Below are positions 54,484 through 64,000 of a DNA stretch of 64,000 bases, piece after piece (within the stretch, counting starts at the first letter, position 1; each line of letters starts with the position of its first letter). Origin of the DNA: the human T2T-CHM13v2.0 reference genome, Homo sapiens. The position numbers were made by a program, and so were the translations under genes. A model generated the notes under the pieces. It saw only the letters and a list, made by a program, of their open reading frames with translations, ran no database searches and was not told the DNA's origin. The stretch lies in assembly GCF_009914755.1 (NCBI RefSeq), contig NC_060925.1. One strand, given 5' to 3'.

Positions 54484-55689
54484 GATGTGCACTCCTTTCT
54501 AAAGTATTTATCTTCGAGCACTGAGGGGAACTCTGCCTTCAGCTAAGGCTACACAACTATCCTGATGGTGGACTGTAGCAACTTGTAGGCAAGGGGTACA
54601 GCTTAGGGCAGCTACCTCTCCCTCTTCTCGGGCCAACCTGGAGGAAGTTCCTTCCAGAGTCCAGGCTATACTTGCTTCTGGCCTGCAAATTCCTGAGAAT
54701 TCTTTGAAACCTAGGAGGGGCCTGGGTATTATGCCCTTTTGAGTGAGAATTCAGAGGCCAGTGGAATTAGGGCAATCAGGCATTTCCTGATCATCTGCTA
54801 TGCTCCAGGATGCTGACTTGGAGAGATGAACAAGGCAAAATGCTCATTCTGACGGCACTCAGAATTTCACGGGGAACTGGAAGGATAAATGAATCTGGGA
54901 GGAACTGCTAAAACAGGTAGGAGAGGGTAAGCTTGTTAGAACCTGAGCAGAATGCTGTCTGAAAAGGTAGAGAAGTCAGGAGAAGCAGTGAGGCCCTCAA
55001 CCCTGTGTGTCACAATGCCTCCTGTCATTTCCTCTCTGAGTTTCCAGTACAAGCTTCTTGGTGGCTGTTTTCTGCCCAAGCACATGAACTTTGGAAGACC
55101 TAGCACTTTGGACAAAGTCCCTGGCCCTGACACTTAATAGTTTGGGGAACTTGGGCAAAATACTCAAAGCTTCCTAGTCTGTAAAGTGAGAATGATAAAA
55201 CATCTGCCTTCCTTGCAGGATTGTTGTGGTGATGTGTAAGACATAAAATATCAAGCATAGTCAGCAGTCACTGAGCTTAAGGAATGTTAAGTTATAATCA
55301 TTATTTCTGAACTTCAGTGCCCAATATGACCCTGTTGACACCTCCTTTGCCTCCTTGGGACATACTCTCTTCTGGTGGTCCTCATCCCTTTCCAGCTATC
55401 CTCTGTCTCTTGGTATTCTCCTAATCTACCAACTCCCATCAATGTTCCTGCTTGCCCAGGGTGCCTGTCTCAGCCCTCTTCTTTTCTCCCTAACCCCTGG
55501 GAAGATCTCATCAAATTCCCTGCCTTTCGTTTTCCTTATCGATTTGCTGAGGGCTTACTCACAAGTTTCTCCAGCTGAGACCCTTTACTGATGAGAGTAA
55601 TAACAACTGGTGGATGTGTTCTCCTAGGTAGAGAACAGGAATCTCAATTTTTAATGTTGGGAGGGACTTTATGCATCTTTTTGCTTTCA

Positions 55690-62003
<6,314 letters not shown>

Positions 62004-62653
62004 GTATATTCCCTGGGCCAGGTTTTCTCTCTCTGTTTATCTGGCTAACTCAAATTTAACCTTTAGGGTTGAGATTAGATCTTACTTCTCCCAGGAAGCC
62101 TTTTCTGATCTCCTAAGTCTGCATTAGATGTCATTCCTCTGTGCTCCGACAGATCCTGTATTTCCCCCATCATCACAGCATTTACAGTGTGCATTGTCAT
62201 TGCTTGGTTACAAGGCAATTTCCTTTGCTAGTCTATAACTTCCATGGGGTAGGGACCATGTCTGTAGTTCACTGTCGTTTGGTGCCAAACAAAGTACCTG
62301 ATACCTGGTAGGCACTCAATTATTTGTTGTTTGAATGAAATAATACAGGCACAAGAATAGTGCTGCCATGTACCTAGAAGAGGTGGAAAATTTTCATGGT
62401 GGAGGGTGGCTCCCTGAGGCCAGGCCTTGGTATAGAGGCTGATGGACAGAACAGTAGCTCGTGGATTTCGGGGGCAGTGATGGCTTCAGACAGCCTGATA
62501 CGTTAGGAGGAGAGAGGATACCAAAACAGCACCTTCAAAGTCAGGAGCTACATGGAAACAGAATGGAAGACATCAGCTAAAAGATACCCTAGGGACTTCT
62601 GCCTCTCCTCACCCTCTAGCAATATAAGTGGGGAAGGAGAAAGTCCCCAAATA

Positions 62654-64000
62654 CAGTGATGCACCACTTAAAAATGCATTCTGAGAAGTGCATTGATAGG
62701 TGATTTTGTCATTGTGTGAACCTTATAGTATGTGCTTACACAAATGTAGATGGTGGAGCCTACTACACACCTAGCCTGTATGGCGTTGCTTATTGCTCCC
62801 AGGTGGCAAACACGTATAGCATGTTACTGTACTGAATACTGTAGGCAATTGTAATACAATGGTCAGTATTTGTGTATCCAAACATATCTAAACATAGAAA
62901 AGGTACAGTAAAAATATGGTATATGTGATATTTTGGTATACATATTGGCTTTCGTCCACAGCTCCTGACTCATAACTCCCATAGCCCTTGTTATATAATG
63001 TTGGGGTGCTTCAGGCCTCAGAAAACAGAATGTCTGTCTCTCTGGCCTTCCGACCACCTCCTGCCCTCCTTTTTCTCCCCAAGGCAGGACTCTTCTCTCA
63101 CCTCTCTTGGAGCTGACCATAAAGAAATTCTCTTACCTACCCTATCTGACTGTAGGTCATAAGAACCCCCAATTCAGAAGGAGTCCTGCCTCACACCCAG
63201 GAGGAACAAATGCTGCACAGAGATGCCAAGAAGAATCTGAACAGACAGGCCTTGCTGGGTTTCTCCACTCAGTCTATTAGTATTAGACCATACCCTTCTT
63301 GCCCATTTCTGCATGGTTGTCAATCATGACTACCCAATGAAGTCTCCACAAAGGCACAAGAGGACTGGGTACAGAGTATTTCCAGGTAGCTGAGCACATG
63401 GAGGTTTCTGGAGAGTGGCACACCCAAGCAGGGCATGGAAGCTCCGAGCCCCTTCCCCATACCTCGCCCTGTGCGTCTCTGCATCTGCATGCTTTGTGGT
63501 ATTCTTTATAATATATAATTTTTTGTGTATTATAAAGAATATATAAATGTGTTTCCCTGAGTGCTGTGAACAGCACTGGCAAATTAATTGAGCCAAAAGA
63601 GGAGGATGTAGGAATCTCAACTTAAAGCCAGTTGGTCAGAAGTTCCAGAGGTCCAGACTTCTGACAGGTATGTGAAGTAGGGGCAGTCTTGGGGACTGTA
63701 TGATCTGACACTATCTCCAGGTAGAGAGCATCAGAATGAATTGAACTGGAGGACACCAAGCTAGCGTGTCTGTAGAATCGACTGCTTGCTTGGTGGTGGC
63801 GAGAAACCGCCATACATTTGGTCTCAGGAGTCTTTTGTGGTTGTGATGTGAGAGGAGAGTAACAACAGTTTTTGTTTTTTCCACTAAGTATAAAAGATAA
63901 AAACGTATACTCCTGTATAGGGCACTTACCATAAATAGAGTTTGCAGGACTCAACGCTGTTCTGGGTGAGTCAGTGAGTGAGTGGTGAGTGAATGTGAAG
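62654..64000 (+). mobile_element. Tigger3 (MER7/Golem) DNA transposon split by a MER21-family LTR (about 62925-63880)
   Basis: CAGTGATGCACCACTTAA...TTCTGAGAAGTGC start; Tigger sequence resumes at TATAAAAGATAAAAA...CCTGTATAGGGCACTTACC. Confidence 0.7.

Overview
Human genomic DNA (Alu/L1/ERV-rich) from the FCGR1-HIST2 segmental duplication on chr1, most likely the FCGR1B copy. The + strand carries a complete six-exon CD64-like gene (ATG 10778 to TAG 19535) with intact splice sites, an IFN-gamma/PU.1 promoter, a CAG>TAG stop in the EC3 exon and the B/C-type 'ISQYTVK' EC2 end. An orphan CpG island with a strong CTCF motif follows it. On the - strand lie two replication-dependent histone pseudogenes: H2B (nonsense at codon 43) and H3.2-type (frameshift after codon 44). 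Both keep their promoters, stem-loops and downstream elements. Main observations: (1) a chain of about 12 decayed, mostly phase-compatible minus-strand exons between H2B and FCGR1 (24.4-38.7 kb), suggesting a dead multi-exon gene; (2) a splice donor over the H2B stop and a strong antisense acceptor in FCGR1 intron 2, giving an antisense exon that covers the 21-nt S2 microexon; (3) a full-length MER41B LTR with two perfect GAS sites about 7 kb upstream of this IFN-gamma-inducible gene; (4) two 'tail-only' histone ORFs. Paralog and repeat-family names come from recalled sequences, not searches. Repeat boundaries are approximate unless TSDs are given.
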